A stretch of 64,000 nt of DNA from Acidobacteriota bacterium. GTDB lineage: Bacteria > Acidobacteriota > UBA6911. The notes under the pieces were generated by a model, which saw only the letters and a list, made by a program, of their open reading frames with translations, searched no databases and had not been told where the DNA came from. The position numbers and the translations under genes were made by a program. Positions 29,436 through 41,975 of this stretch are shown here, in pieces (position 1 is the stretch's first letter; each line of letters opens with the position of its first letter). The stretch covers positions 5,408,001 to 5,472,000 of the forward strand of contig OY761556.1 of NCBI GenBank assembly GCA_963664705.1, given 5' to 3'.

Positions 29436-30140
29436 ATGCCTAACAAGATTGGCCGTTGGATTTTGAAGCGCACTCTCCAGACCGGTTGCATTCTGCTCTC
29501 TTTTTCGATTTTGCCCGTGCTCGCACTGCGGTGGATGCCTCCCCTGACCACCGGAGTCATGATGCAGCGCCGCGCGGTATCGTTGATCAAGCACCATTCC
29601 TATAGCACCGATTATCGCTGGGTGCCCTGGAAGCAGATCTCGCCTAATGCTGCCCTTGCAGTCATTGCATCTGAAGATCAAAACTTCCCCAGGCATCACG
29701 GGTTTGACTTTAAGTCGATCCAGAAAGCCATTGATGCCCACGATCGTGGGCGTCGACTGCGAGGGGCCTCCACACTCTCCCAGCAGGTGGCCAAGAATGT
29801 CTTCCTGTGGTCCGGCCGAAGTTTTGTCCGCAAAGCGCTTGAGGCCTACTTCACTGTTTTGATTGAGCTTGTATGGCCAAAACGACGAATCCTGGAAGTT
29901 TATTTGAACATTGTTGAATTGGGTGACGGTGTTTTTGGCGTGGAAGCAGCCAGCCAGCGCTATTTCCGAAAATCCGCAGCGTCCCTTTCTTCTGAGGAAG
30001 CTGCCATCCTGGCTGCGGTCCTGCCTAATCCCCTGCGAATGAAGGCCGGCAAACCGTCCGCCTATGTCAGGGAACGAAGCGGCTGGATTATGCAGCAGAT
30101 GGGACAATTGGGCGGCCCTGCCTTCATCAGGCAATTCTAG
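29436..30140 (+). CDS. mtgA: Monofunctional biosynthetic peptidoglycan transglycosylase
   Basis: ASEDQNFPRHHGFD, RGASTLSQQVAKNVFL, RKALE, KRRILEVYLN and LAAVLPNP. Confidence 0.95.
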   Translation: MPNKIGRWILKRTLQTGCILLSFSILPVLALRWMPPLTTGVMMQRRAVSLIKHHSYSTDYRWVPWKQISPNAALAVIASEDQNFPRHHGFDFKSIQKAIDAHDRGRRLRGASTLSQQVAKNVFLWSGRSFVRKALEAYFTVLIELVWPKRRILEVYLNIVELGDGVFGVEAASQRYFRKSAASLSSEEAAILAAVLPNPLRMKAGKPSAYVRERSGWIMQQMGQLGGPAFIRQF

Positions 30141-30156
30141 GTCGGATTAATGATAA

Positions 30157-30230
30157 AGGAGACAGGAGTCAGGAGACAGGAGACAGAAGCTGGAGTCACT
30201 TAACTCCTGACTCCTGTCTCCTGTTTCCTG
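30157..30230. terminator. Heptamer-repeat hairpin (CAGGAGA/T)n…(CTCCTGA/T)n, probable bidirectional terminator; second copy at 30448-30514
   Basis: AGGAGACAGGAGTCAGGAGACAGGAGACAG…CTCCTGACTCCTGTCTCCTGTTTCCTG between the convergent mtgA and thiC. Confidence 0.6.
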
Positions 30231-30232
30231 AG

Positions 30233-30421
30233 TTATACCTTTTTATAAATCTCCAAACCATTTTCCACGAACTCCCGCCCTTTTTCCTGAAGGCCTTGCT
30301 TTAGTGCCTGCTCATCCTCGAGCCCCTGACTGGCGGCATAATCGCGCACATCCTGGGTTATTTTCATCGCGCAGAAATGCGGACCGCACATGCTGCAGAA
30401 ATAAGCGGCCTTTTTCATCAA
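30233..30421 (-). pseudogene. Duplicated C-terminal fragment of thiC (open 62-codon frame; pseudogene or mini-protein)
   Basis: Identical in protein sequence to the last 55 aa of ThiC, including CSMCGPHFC; no convincing RBS. Confidence 0.7.
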
Positions 30422-30516
30422 GCAATTCTAGGTCGCATTAATGATAAAGGAGACAGGAGTCAGGAGACAGGAGACAGAAGCTGGAGTCACTTAACTCCTG
30501 ACTCCTGTTTCCTGAG

Positions 30517-32289
<1,773 letters not shown>

Positions 32290-32349
32290 CTAAAAACAGG
32301 AGCCGAAAATCAGGAGCTGGAATACTCTCCGGATTTCCTGGCCTCTTTC

Positions 32350-33651
32350 CTACGATTCCTCGACGCGGATCATGCGCGTCGGCGCCACAATGACGCGCAG
32401 CGCATCAATTTCGAGCAGCGCTTTTTGCATGGATCCCTCGGTGGCTGCATGCGTCATCAGAACCACGGGTACCGCTTTCGCCTGATGCCGGACCTTTTGG
32501 ATGACGCTGGCAATGCTGATTTCGTGTTTTCCCAGGATGCCGGTTACCTGTGCCAATACCGATGGCTGATCCAGCGCCGAAACATAAAGATAATAAGCAG
32601 AGCTGACTTCATCCATGGGTTTCAGTACGAGCGGGTTGCGTCCCAGCACGGGAAGATCCTGCGGAACAGCAGCCTGTCCCGCTGCCAGCCTGCGCGCCAC
32701 CTCTACAATATCGGCCCAGACGGAGGACGCCGTTGGCATCTGTCCGGCCCCTCTGCCATAGAACATCAGATCGTTGACGACATCCCCATTCAGGAAGACC
32801 GCATTAAATACTCCCGAAACCGCGGACATGGGGGAGGCATCCGGAATCATGGTGGGATGAACACGCAGTTCCAGTATGCCGTCGGTCGCTTTGGCAATGG
32901 CGAGCAGCTTGATTCGGAACCCCATCTCCCGCGCCAGCGTGATATCTTGAGGCGTGATCTTTGTGATCCCTTCTACATAGATTTCCTTCAGCTTTACGGA
33001 GGTGCGGAATGCAAGCGTTGCCAGAATCTGGAGTTTGTGTGCCGAATCAATCCCTTCTATATCATAGGTCGGGTCCGCCTCGGCATATCCCTGTGCCTGG
33101 GCTTCCGCCAAGACGCGTCCGAACTCCTGCCCTTCATCGGTCATCTTTGAGAGAATGTAATTCGAAGTGCCGTTAACGATTCCATATAGCGATGTGATCC
33201 GGTTGGCAACGAGGCCTTCCTTTACAGAACGGATCAGAGGGATTCCGCCGGCCACGGCGGCTTCGAAAGACAGCATCAGTCCCCGTTTGCGGGCTTCCTC
33301 ATAAAGCTCTTCCCCGTGTGTCGCCAGGAGTGCCTTGTTGGCGGTGACGACATGCTTTCCATTGGCAAGCGCCCTCTGAATAAAGCGGCTGGCCGGCTCC
33401 AGTCCGCCGATCAGTTCCACTACAATGTCGATCTCCGGATCATCCAGAACTTTTGAAACATCTGTTGTGAGCGGCAATTCACTGAGCGTAAGCCCTTTGC
33501 GGGGATTTGTCAGATCCCGATCGGCAATTGCCCGTAACACGATGGGTGCGCCGATTTTTTCCTCCAATTCGTCCCGATGCGATAGCAGAACCTTCGCTAC
33601 TCCCGCGCCTACCGTTCCCAGTCCAAGAAGCCCCACATTGATCGGTTTCAT
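32350..33651 (-). CDS. hom: Homoserine dehydrogenase with C-terminal ACT domain
   Basis: GLLGLGTVG, VVTANK, FEAAVAGGIP, NGTSNYIL, GYAEADP, YGRGAG and ACT DQPSVLAQV. Confidence 0.96.
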   Translation of the reverse strand: MKPINVGLLGLGTVGAGVAKVLLSHRDELEEKIGAPIVLRAIADRDLTNPRKGLTLSELPLTTDVSKVLDDPEIDIVVELIGGLEPASRFIQRALANGKHVVTANKALLATHGEELYEEARKRGLMLSFEAAVAGGIPLIRSVKEGLVANRITSLYGIVNGTSNYILSKMTDEGQEFGRVLAEAQAQGYAEADPTYDIEGIDSAHKLQILATLAFRTSVKLKEIYVEGITKITPQDITLAREMGFRIKLLAIAKATDGILELRVHPTMIPDASPMSAVSGVFNAVFLNGDVVNDLMFYGRGAGQMPTASSVWADIVEVARRLAAGQAAVPQDLPVLGRNPLVLKPMDEVSSAYYLYVSALDQPSVLAQVTGILGKHEISIASVIQKVRHQAKAVPVVLMTHAATEGSMQKALLEIDALRVIVAPTRMIRVEES

Positions 33652-33815
33652 AGTCACCTCGGTGTCTCGATTATAGACCATTGCGTGCAATATTCAGGGG
33701 GGACACGCTGCTCAATTGAGACTGTCCAATTACAGACGGGAGCGTTCAACAATTGCGTAACCTGTCGCCGGAAATTAATATACCCTGTGTTGCCACCAAT
33801 CTGGAGAAGCGATTT

Positions 33816-34193
33816 ATGCCCCAAGATAAAAACAAGCCAGAAACAGATCGGCAGTTTATTGCCGAAATCCGACGTGAGCAGGACATCCGAATGCGGGGAT
33901 ATCGTGAACAGGCGCTGAGATTGTTTCCCCCCATTTGCGGGCGCTGTGGGCGTGAGTTTGAAGGAAAAAGGTTGCGCGAACTCACGGTTCACCATAAAGA
34001 TCATGACCACGACAACAATCCCCCGGACGGCAGCAATTGGGAATTGCTGTGCGTGTATTGCCACGAAAATGAGCATTCACGCCATTCGGTAGCAGATTGG
34101 TCGGAAGGCCCGGCTCCGGGTATGGGACAAGGCAGCGTCTCAACCTACAATCCCTTTGCTGGTCTCGACTCACTTCTCAAGAAAAAGAACTGA
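33816..34193 (+). CDS. YajD family HNH nuclease
   Basis: YREQALRLFPPICGRCGREF…LTVHHKDHDHDNNPPDGSNWELLCVYCHENEH…NPFAGL. Confidence 0.92.
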   Translation: MPQDKNKPETDRQFIAEIRREQDIRMRGYREQALRLFPPICGRCGREFEGKRLRELTVHHKDHDHDNNPPDGSNWELLCVYCHENEHSRHSVADWSEGPAPGMGQGSVSTYNPFAGLDSLLKKKN

Positions 34194-34289
34194 TGGCACG
34201 ATATTGAGAAACTTTTACCCCAAAATTCAATGCCGGAGTCTGACCCTGGCATTGAACCTTGGGGTGCACGAGCGGAACGCCCCTGATTG

Positions 34290-35975
34290 TCAGGAACGAA
34301 CGAGAGGTTTGTACTTTATTCTGTGGGGCTGGTCGGCCGCCGCACCCAGCCGTTTTTTCCGGTCTGTCTCGTAATCCTGGTAGTTGCCCTCGAACCAAAC
34401 GACCTTGGAATCTCCTTCGAATGCCAGGATATGCGTTGCGATGCGGTCCAGGAACCAGCGATCGTGACTGATGACAACCGCACATCCCGCAAAAGACAGA
34501 AGCGCGTCTTCCAGCGATCGCAGCGTGTCGACGTCCAAATCATTGGTCGGTTCATCCAGGAGGAGCAAATTCCCACCGCTCTTCAGAACCTTGGCCAGGT
34601 GAACCCGGTTACGCTCACCTCCCGAAAGCTCCTTCACCCGCTTTTGTTGATCGGAGCCTTTGAAATTGAAGGCGGCTGCATACGATCTGGCCGGCACTTC
34701 CCGTTTCCCAAGAGTCACCGTATCAAGGCCATCGCTGATTTCTTCCCAAACCTGTCTTTCGCCGTTAAGAAGATCACGGCTCTGATCTACATAGGCAATC
34801 TGAACCGTCTCGCCTATTTTTAATGAACCGCTGTCCGGCTTCTCTTCCCCCACAATCATCCGGAAGAGAGTCGTCTTTCCCGCGCCGTTGGCGCCGATAA
34901 CCCCAACAATGCCTCCGGGAGGGAGCTTGAACGACAAGTCCTCCATCAGCATTTGGTCGCCATACCCTTTTTTTACATTGGCTGCCTCAACAACCAGGTC
35001 CCCCAGTCTCGGCCCGGGCGGGATATGCAGATCGGTGGCCTGGACACGCTTTTCCGCTTCGGCCTCTTCTGCCAGGAGCTTTTCATAGGCATTCAAGCGG
35101 GCTTTGCCTTTGGCCTGGCGCGCACGCGGCGACATGTGAACCCATTCCAGTTCGCGCCGCAACGTACGTCGGCGAGCGGATTCCTGCCTTTCTTCGGCTT
35201 CCAGCCGGGCTTGCTTCTGATCCAGCCACGATGAGTAGTTGCCTTCCCATGGAATACCTTCTCCACGATCCAGCTCCAGAATCCAGCCCGCAACGTTGTC
35301 AAGGAAGTACCGGTCATGTGTAATCGCCACTACAGTCCCAGCGTAATCCTTTAAAAAACGCTCAAGCCAGGCAACCGATTCCGCATCGAGGTGGTTTGTC
35401 GGTTCATCCAGCAGCAGAAGATCCGGTTTTTCCAGAAGCAGGCGGCAAAGGGCGACGCGTCTTCGCTCTCCTCCCGAGAGTCTTGTCACATCCGCATCGG
35501 CAGCGGGAAGACGTAAAGCATCCATTGCAATCTCGAGCGTCCGGTCGATCTCCCACCCATTGCAGGCGTCGATTGCATCCTGGACTCGCGCCTGGTCCGA
35601 AAGAAGCTTATCCATCTCGTCGGGGGAAAGCTCTTCCGCGAATTTTGCATTGATTCGGTCAAATTCTTCCAGAAGGCTTCGGGTAGCCCGGACCCCTTCC
35701 TCAACATTGGCCAGCACGTTCTTTCCCGGGTCAAGCTGCGGCTCCTGCGGCAGATAACCGACTCGAACGCCCTCTGCCGGCCAAGCTTCACCCAGAAAGT
35801 CCTTTACAACACCAGCCATGATTTTCAGCAGAGTGCTTTTTCCGGCACCGTTGGCGCCGATCAGGCCGATCTTGGCTCCCGGGAAAAACGAGAGCCAGAT
35901 TCCCTTCAACACTTCCCGGTTTGGCGGATAGACCTTGCGAAGGTCCTTCATAACATAGATATATTGATAGCCCAC
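34290..35975 (-). CDS. ettA: Energy-dependent translational throttle protein EttA (ABC-F)
   Basis: [10 protein letters not shown], twin ABC domains, [24 protein letters not shown]…ARQAK and PHRIKYK. GTG start follows AGGAGG. Confidence 0.96.
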   Translation of the reverse strand: MGYQYIYVMKDLRKVYPPNREVLKGIWLSFFPGAKIGLIGANGAGKSTLLKIMAGVVKDFLGEAWPAEGVRVGYLPQEPQLDPGKNVLANVEEGVRATRSLLEEFDRINAKFAEELSPDEMDKLLSDQARVQDAIDACNGWEIDRTLEIAMDALRLPAADADVTRLSGGERRRVALCRLLLEKPDLLLLDEPTNHLDAESVAWLERFLKDYAGTVVAITHDRYFLDNVAGWILELDRGEGIPWEGNYSSWLDQKQARLEAEERQESARRRTLRRELEWVHMSPRARQAKGKARLNAYEKLLAEEAEAEKRVQATDLHIPPGPRLGDLVVEAANVKKGYGDQMLMEDLSFKLPPGGIVGVIGANGAGKTTLFRMIVGEEKPDSGSLKIGETVQIAYVDQSRDLLNGERQVWEEISDGLDTVTLGKREVPARSYAAAFNFKGSDQQKRVKELSGGERNRVHLAKVLKSGGNLLLLDEPTNDLDVDTLRSLEDALLSFAGCAVVISHDRWFLDRIATHILAFEGDSKVVWFEGNYQDYETDRKKRLGAAADQPHRIKYKPLVRS

Positions 35976-36115
35976 GCGCTTCCTCCTGAGAGATATTCAA
36001 CCGGGAAGTAATAACGTATTCCGTTCCCTTGTTCAATGAGCAAGGCTCAAAGAACTCTTTGCGCCGGCCACGCTTTGGTGATTTTGGCTCAGCCCGTTTT
36101 GACTTATCTCCATAA

Positions 36116-36178
36116 ACAATAGCAATCACAATAATTGCGATTGTCATTGTCAAATGTGGGTAGCTTTGTTTGCCACAT
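36116..36178. promoter_or_regulatory. AT-rich inverted repeats in the ettA / hdr-flx divergent intergenic region
   Basis: Imperfect palindrome ACAATAGCAATCACAAT-A-ATTGCGATTGTCATTGT (36116-36150) and ATGTGG…CCACAT (36154-36178). Confidence 0.45.
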
Positions 36179-36273
36179 AGTGGTATTACTTCACCAACCA
36201 GTTCCAAAGACATTGGTAGTTCGGGTGTCCTGTTTTGTGAAACCGGATTCGGTCCGGGAAAGGATAGATCGCC

Positions 36274-37149
36274 ATGGATTCGGGCGAGTTCTATCGTGAC
36301 TGCGATGGGGATAATGGCCATTCTGAGCCTGCGCGCCATAGGTGTGCGTGGATCATTGGAGGAGCTTTCGATTCATGGCTGGCCACTTTGCTCCATCTGC
36401 GTAAGAACGCGATAGAAGTGCAAATGCTCGATCTCGGTGCCGACCTCCGGGAAATCGTCAAGCGGGCTGAGCTTGAAGGGGGAGTCATCGTCATTGATCT
36501 CTCGAGAGATATTGATCGCGGCCCGGCAGTTATGGAAGCCTGTTACGGATATTCGGCTACCGTTCCCCTGATTCCAGTCGTGGCCGAGCCATCCATGGAA
36601 CTCGCGCAGCGTTTGAGGAACCTTCATGCTTTTTGCCTGGTGCCTCATCCCCTGGATGCCGGGAAGGTGTGTGCGGTGCTGGAAGAAGCCTTCAGCTATG
36701 CACAGAGATTGAAGCTTGCCGCGCATTCGCAAAAGAAAAGAATCCTTATCATCGATGATGACAAGGACTATCGTCGGTCGGTGCAGGCATTATTGGTGAA
36801 TGAAGGGCATGAAGTTTTTTGCGCGACGTCCGGCGCTCAGGGGCTGGAAATGGCGGTTTCCATCAAACCGGATCTGGTTGTGCTGGATGTGATGATGGAG
36901 AACACGTGGGCAGGGTATGAAGTCAGTCAGACCTTAAAATTCCAAAGCGGATACGAAGGCGTTGCACACGTTCCCATTGTGATGGTTTCGTCGATTGAAG
37001 AGCATCCCGCGGAGGTCTTCTCAAGATCCGGCGATCCGGCCATGGTCGGACCGGATGTCTATTTTACCAAGCCGCTCGATGTAAAACGGTTTATCGAGAC
37101 TGTTCGGTTACTATTGAAAACGGAATCTGCCGTAAAGGTTCAGGAATGA
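36274..37149 (+). CDS. Response regulator: degenerate receiver-like domain + intact receiver, no output domain
   Basis: C-terminal half ILIIDDD, PDLVVLDVMM, MVSS and FTKP. The N-terminal half has a receiver-like pattern without the acidic pocket. Confidence 0.8.
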   Translation: MDSGEFYRDCDGDNGHSEPARHRCAWIIGGAFDSWLATLLHLRKNAIEVQMLDLGADLREIVKRAELEGGVIVIDLSRDIDRGPAVMEACYGYSATVPLIPVVAEPSMELAQRLRNLHAFCLVPHPLDAGKVCAVLEEAFSYAQRLKLAAHSQKKRILIIDDDKDYRRSVQALLVNEGHEVFCATSGAQGLEMAVSIKPDLVVLDVMMENTWAGYEVSQTLKFQSGYEGVAHVPIVMVSSIEEHPAEVFSRSGDPAMVGPDVYFTKPLDVKRFIETVRLLLKTESAVKVQE

Positions 37150-37697
37150 ATAAACCTGCGTCGCGGCAGTCCGTTCTCGGTCAAGTCCGCACCCTGACGA
37201 ATCTTGATCCGGCCCGCTGTTCTCAATGCGGCAAGTGCACGGCCGGATGCCCCATGGCTTTCGAAATGACCCTCAAGCCTCACGGGATCATGCGGTTGCT
37301 GCAGCTGGATGCAGGCGATAAACTACTGGGCTCAGAGTCGCTTTGGCTATGCGTGTCGTGCGAAATGTGCACAACGCGTTGTCCAAGCCTGTTTGATCCC
37401 GCAGCAATCATTGATGCCCTGCGCGAAATCGCCTTGAAGGAAAACCCGGATCATGTCCCTCGTGAAATCAGAGCATTTCACTCGGCTTTTTTGCAGCAGA
37501 TCTGGAAGCACGGCCGTATATTCGAGCCGGGACTTCTCATTTCCTATAAATTGCGCAGCGGAGCATTATTGGCGGACGTCGGTTCTGTTCCCGGAATGAT
37601 GGCGCGCGGGAAACTTCCGAGAACACCCAACCGGATCAAAGGACTGCGGGAATTGCGCAGGCTTTTCGAAAAATGCTCGGTGGAGAAGCCACGATGA
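37146..37697 (+). CDS. hdrC: Heterodisulfide reductase subunit C-like (2x4Fe-4S)
   Basis: CSQCGKCTAGCP and WLCVSCEMCTTRCP; precedes hdrB and hdrA. Confidence 0.9.
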   Translation: MNKPASRQSVLGQVRTLTNLDPARCSQCGKCTAGCPMAFEMTLKPHGIMRLLQLDAGDKLLGSESLWLCVSCEMCTTRCPSLFDPAAIIDALREIALKENPDHVPREIRAFHSAFLQQIWKHGRIFEPGLLISYKLRSGALLADVGSVPGMMARGKLPRTPNRIKGLRELRRLFEKCSVEKPR

Positions 37698-38593
37698 AGG
37701 TAGGCTACTTTCCAGGATGCTCTCTGCAATCCACAGCCCGGGAGTATGACCAGAGTTTGAAGGCGATTGCTCCGGAATTGGGCATTCAACTGGAGGAATT
37801 GCAGGATTGGGCCTGTTGCGGAGCAAGTTCCGCCCACGTGACCAATCATAGGCTCAGCATTGCTCTGCCGGCCCGCACGCTGATGCTTGCTCAAAAGCAG
37901 GACCTGGGCGCAATCTTTGCTCCCTGTGCAACCTGCTATAACCGGTTGGCTTCCGCGCAATATGCAATCGAGCATGATGCATCCATAGCATCGGAAGTTC
38001 GATCGATGTTTGCCGCAGATCCGCGGGAGAAATCTGTCCGGATTTTGGGTGTTCCCCACCTTTTGCTCGAAAAAGTTGAAGAAATTCATGCCGCCGTTAC
38101 GGTTCCGCTCCGGAAGGTGAAGGTAGCCTGCTATTACGGGTGCCTGCTGCTTCGTCCGGCACAGATCTGCCGGTTGGATGATCCGGAAGTTCCGACGTCA
38201 CTGGAAAAGATAGTGAGTGCAACCGGGGCAACTGCTGTTCCATGGGACAAGGCAGTAGAGTGCTGTGGCGGCGCGTTCTCGCAATCCCGACCGACATCGG
38301 TCGTGCGTTTGGGGCGCTCGATACTCAAATCCGCACGGACTGCCGGGGCCCAGGCCATCGTCGTTGCCTGCCCGATGTGCCACTCGAATCTCGATTACAG
38401 GCAGCAGGCTATGAATGCACGAGATCAGGAATCATCGATGCCGATCCTATATATCAGCCAGCTTCTGGGGTTGAGCATGGGTATGGACCCATTGCTGCTG
38501 GGGCTTGGAAGTCATTTCATCAGCCCCGAACCTCTCCTGGGTTCTATTGGTGCGGCCCAGTCCGGCTTGAAACACGAGGGTCATCACCCATGA
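37694..38593 (+). CDS. hdrB: Heterodisulfide reductase subunit B-like (CCG domains)
   Basis: YFPGCSL, DWACCGA, PCATC, YYGCLLLRP, ECCGG and ACPMCHSNLD. Confidence 0.93.
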   Translation: MKVGYFPGCSLQSTAREYDQSLKAIAPELGIQLEELQDWACCGASSAHVTNHRLSIALPARTLMLAQKQDLGAIFAPCATCYNRLASAQYAIEHDASIASEVRSMFAADPREKSVRILGVPHLLLEKVEEIHAAVTVPLRKVKVACYYGCLLLRPAQICRLDDPEVPTSLEKIVSATGATAVPWDKAVECCGGAFSQSRPTSVVRLGRSILKSARTAGAQAIVVACPMCHSNLDYRQQAMNARDQESSMPILYISQLLGLSMGMDPLLLGLGSHFISPEPLLGSIGAAQSGLKHEGHHP

Positions 38594-40608
38594 CTCGAAT
38601 CGGCGTCTTTATCTGCCATTGCGGTGAGAATATCCGGCGCACGGTGGATTGCGCTCGCGTGGCGCAGGTTTTGGGGGAAATGCCTGGCGTTGTGTATTCG
38701 ACCGACTATGTCTACATGTGTTCGGATTCGGGTCAGGCCCAGCTCAGAAAGGCGATACGCGAAAGAAAACTGGATAGAGTTGTCGTCGGCGCCTGCTCTC
38801 CCCACATGCATGAACGGACGTTTAGAAAAGCCGCGACAGCGGCGGGGTTGAATCCCTATCTTTGTGAAATGGCAAATCTGCGCGAGCAGTGCGCCTGGAT
38901 TCATGATGATCGGGATCAGGCGACGGAGAAGGCTATCGGGATTGCCCGCTCCATCGTGGAAAAGGTCCGATACAACCGTCCCCTATCCACCATTTACATT
39001 CCGGTGGAAAGGCGCGCGCTCGTGATTGGCGGTGGGATTTCCGGGATTCAGGCGGCGCTGGATATTGCCGATGCCGGGCGGGACGTCATCCTCGTTGAAA
39101 AGCAACCGTCCATTGGTGGGCATATGAGCCAGCTTTCGGAGACATACCCGACTCTCGACGGCTCTCAGTGCATCCTGATGCCCAAAATGGTGGAAGTTGC
39201 CCAGCATCCGCGCATCAAGCTGCTTACCTGTAGTGAAGTGGAATCCCTTGACGGATACATTGGGAATTTTACCGTCAAAATTCGGAAAAAGGCGCGAAGC
39301 ATTGACGAGGCGATATGCAATGGCTGCGGAGAGTGTCTGGCGGCCTGTCCCGCAGGAAGCATACCGAATGAATTTGAGGGAAATCTCTCTTCGCGAAATG
39401 CCATCTATGTTTCGTTCCCGCAAGCCGTGCCCGGGGTGCCGGTAATTGATCGTGCCAACTGTACCTATTTCAAAACGCCGGACCAGGACGGCCGCGAGCC
39501 GGCATGCAGAAAATGTGCGGCAGTGTGCGGCAGAAATGCGGTTGATTTTGGCCAGCAGGATTCGATTCTCACAGAGAAAGTCGGCGCCATCATTGTGGCC
39601 ACAGGATACCGGCTGTATTCCATTGATCGCGAGCAGGATCTGGATTTCCTGCGCGGCTATGGCGAGTATGGATACGGCACAATCCCCGACGTCATCAACG
39701 GACTTCAGTTTGAACGGCTGGCCTCGCCGTCTGGCCCGACCGGCGGAAAGATTCTGCGGCCTTCGGATGGGAAGGTGCCCAGGAACATTGTCTTCCTCCA
39801 GTGCATCGGGTCGCGCGACCCTTCCAAGGGGATCGCGTATTGTTCCAAGGTATGCTGCATGTACGTGGCCAAACACACGCTGATGTATCGCAGCAAAGTC
39901 CCCGATGGCAAGGCGGTCGTGTTTTACACGGATATCAATGCGGGCGGCAAAGGGTATGACGAATTCGTGCGCAGGGCCGTTGAAGAAGGCCGAGCCCTGT
40001 ATCTGCGCGGCCGCGTGTCCAGCATGAGACGGGATGGGGACATGATCCGCGTTCAGGGATCGGACACGCTTTCCGGCGAAGCTATTTCCCTGGAAGCCGA
40101 CATGGTTGTATTGGCGTCGGCTATACGCCCGCATCAGGAAAACATATCTTTGGCTCAAAAGCTCTCCATTGCATATGACCAGCATGGATTTCTCAACGAA
40201 GCCCATCCGAAGCTGCGTCCGGTTGAGACCAATACCGCCGGTGTCTTTATTGCCGGATCATGCCAGGCGCCCCGGGACATACCGGATTCCGTGTCCATGG
40301 CCAGTGCCGCCGCAGCCAAGGTGCTGGGTTTGTTCGGCAAGGAACTTCTGGAGCGGGAACCGTTGATTGCACGCGTGGATCGGGTTGCCTGCACCGGCTG
40401 TTTTGAATGCGAGCGTGTGTGTCCCTATGGGGCGATCGAAAGAAAGGAACGCAGGGATGCGCGAGGGCGCATGGTGAGAATGGTGGCAGAGGTCAATGCG
40501 GGAGTATGCCAGGGCTGTGGGACATGTCAGGCGATATGCCCTTGCAATTGCATTGACCTGGATGGCTGCACCGATGAACAGATTTACGCAGCGGTAAACG
40601 GCATCTGA
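38590..40608 (+). CDS. hdrA: Heterodisulfide reductase subunit A-like (FAD, multi-Fe-S)
   Basis: RIGVFICHCG, ACSP, NLREQC, LVIGGGISG, CIGSRD…YCSKVCCMY, EAHPKLRP and C-terminal ferredoxins. ATG 38590 overlaps the hdrB stop. Confidence 0.95.
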   Translation: MTRIGVFICHCGENIRRTVDCARVAQVLGEMPGVVYSTDYVYMCSDSGQAQLRKAIRERKLDRVVVGACSPHMHERTFRKAATAAGLNPYLCEMANLREQCAWIHDDRDQATEKAIGIARSIVEKVRYNRPLSTIYIPVERRALVIGGGISGIQAALDIADAGRDVILVEKQPSIGGHMSQLSETYPTLDGSQCILMPKMVEVAQHPRIKLLTCSEVESLDGYIGNFTVKIRKKARSIDEAICNGCGECLAACPAGSIPNEFEGNLSSRNAIYVSFPQAVPGVPVIDRANCTYFKTPDQDGREPACRKCAAVCGRNAVDFGQQDSILTEKVGAIIVATGYRLYSIDREQDLDFLRGYGEYGYGTIPDVINGLQFERLASPSGPTGGKILRPSDGKVPRNIVFLQCIGSRDPSKGIAYCSKVCCMYVAKHTLMYRSKVPDGKAVVFYTDINAGGKGYDEFVRRAVEEGRALYLRGRVSSMRRDGDMIRVQGSDTLSGEAISLEADMVVLASAIRPHQENISLAQKLSIAYDQHGFLNEAHPKLRPVETNTAGVFIAGSCQAPRDIPDSVSMASAAAAKVLGLFGKELLEREPLIARVDRVACTGCFECERVCPYGAIERKERRDARGRMVRMVAEVNAGVCQGCGTCQAICPCNCIDLDGCTDEQIYAAVNGI

Positions 40609-40669
40609 AACGATAGCACCCGCGGCGCTTTGCATGAATGAGCACGAATCCATTCGCGAGGATTCAGAC

Positions 40670-41098
40670 ATGGCGTTTGAGCCGAAGATAGTGGCGTTTG
40701 TGTGCAACTGGTGCACGTATGTCGGTGCGGATCTGGCCGGAACCGGCCGGATTGCAATGGCACACAACGTCCGGATAATCCGGCTGCCATGCGTCGGCCG
40801 CCTCGACACGCTGTTCATTCTGAAAGCATTCGAACGCGGTGCAGACGGAATCATTGTCGGTGGCTGCCATCCGGCGGACTGCCACTATACTTCAGGCAAT
40901 TACCATGCGCGGCGCCGGATTGCGGTATTTCGTGAATTTATGGAATTTGTCGGCATCGATCCGGAACGCATCACATTTTCCTGGGTTTCCGCTACGGAAG
41001 CGGGAAAGTGGGCGGAATTGGTGAACAAAACAACCGAACAGGTGCGTCAGCTCGGTCCTTTTCGCAACTATCCGGGAGTCACCGGAACACGGGTTTGA
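40670..41098 (+). CDS. flxD: MvhD/FlxD [2Fe-2S] subunit
   Basis: FEPKIVAFVCNWCTY, RLPCVGR, GCHPADCHYTSGN and WVSATEA. Confidence 0.9.
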   Translation: MAFEPKIVAFVCNWCTYVGADLAGTGRIAMAHNVRIIRLPCVGRLDTLFILKAFERGADGIIVGGCHPADCHYTSGNYHARRRIAVFREFMEFVGIDPERITFSWVSATEAGKWAELVNKTTEQVRQLGPFRNYPGVTGTRV

Positions 41099-41102
41099 AG
41101 TT

Positions 41103-41975
41103 ATGCAGGAATTGAGAATTCTAGCGAGAAAGCTCCTGGAGGAAAACCAGGTCCGTGCCATCGTGGGATACGAAGCTTATCGCCGAGGCGTGCGTCCTGC
41201 TTTTGTAACCGACCTTCGCCAGTGCGATAGCCTGGTGTTTGATCACAGGTGTGTACACAATCTCGCTGTTTACCTTTCTCCCGGGCGCACCCATGTTGTT
41301 TCCTTGGGCCGGCTGGCGGTTGTCATCAAGGGATGCGATGCGCGCTCGATAGCCGGGTTGATTCGAGAAAACCAGTTGAAGCGTGAAGACGTTGTGTTGA
41401 TCGGGGTGCGCTGCGGCGGTGTCGTAACGGATCCCTGCAACCCAGGGGACCTGAATTCGCGGAACCTGGCCCAGCGGTGCGTCCGCTGCAATTGCCGTGA
41501 GCCGGGCATAGCGGATTATCTGGTGGGCGAAATCGGCCCTGCGCCCAAAGCTGTGAATAGCCGGGATGCGAGACTTGCCGAAATGGAATCCATGAGCGTC
41601 GCCGATCGACTGACTCTATGGACCGATCTGCTTTCCCGGTGCACCCGGTGCTACGCTTGCCGACAGGTGTGCCCCATGTGCTATTGCGAACGGTGCATCA
41701 CCGACAAGACAGAGCCCGCGTGGATAGAAAGCTCGGCGCATCCTCGAGGCAATTACGCATGGCATATAACCCGCGCCATGCATCTGGCAGGCCGATGTGT
41801 CGACTGCGGTGAATGCGAGCGAGCCTGCCCATCACAAATCCCACTGGGTTTTCTGAACAGAAAGGTAGCAAGGATTGTTCAGGACCGATATGGGTACACC
41901 GTCACGGATGATCCCCTGCAGCAGACTCCGATGGGATCCTTCCGGCTCGATGATGGTGGGGAGTTCATTGCGTGA
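41103..41975 (+). CDS. flxC: FlxC-like 4Fe-4S protein
   Basis: KGCDARS, RCTRCYACRQVCPMCYC and HLAGRCVDCGECERACP; position in the hdr-flx gene order. Confidence 0.8.
   Translation: MQELRILARKLLEENQVRAIVGYEAYRRGVRPAFVTDLRQCDSLVFDHRCVHNLAVYLSPGRTHVVSLGRLAVVIKGCDARSIAGLIRENQLKREDVVLIGVRCGGVVTDPCNPGDLNSRNLAQRCVRCNCREPGIADYLVGEIGPAPKAVNSRDARLAEMESMSVADRLTLWTDLLSRCTRCYACRQVCPMCYCERCITDKTEPAWIESSAHPRGNYAWHITRAMHLAGRCVDCGECERACPSQIPLGFLNRKVARIVQDRYGYTVTDDPLQQTPMGSFRLDDGGEFIA

Noticed and set aside
33816-34193. HNH nuclease as a mobile, homing or defence element
   Set aside because: It matches the small, widely conserved YajD family and has no adjacent mobile or defence genes.
36178-36197. Rex operator upstream of hdr-flx (TAGTGGTATTACTTCACCAA)
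   Set aside because: The GTG…CAC spacing is 9 nt rather than the 8 nt of TTGTGAA-N4-TTCACAA, and the arms match poorly.
38242-38589. 116-aa N-terminal extension of HdrA in the ORF track
   Set aside because: It overlaps hdrB out of frame. HdrA homology begins at MTRIGVFICHCG (ATG 38590, with RBS and ATGA coupling).
38983-40206. 407-aa antisense ORF, and similar long shadow ORFs at 32278-33150, 42850-43959, 49341-50195 and 29391-30134
   Set aside because: They lie opposite well-supported genes, have no recognisable motifs, and are expected in GC-rich coding DNA.
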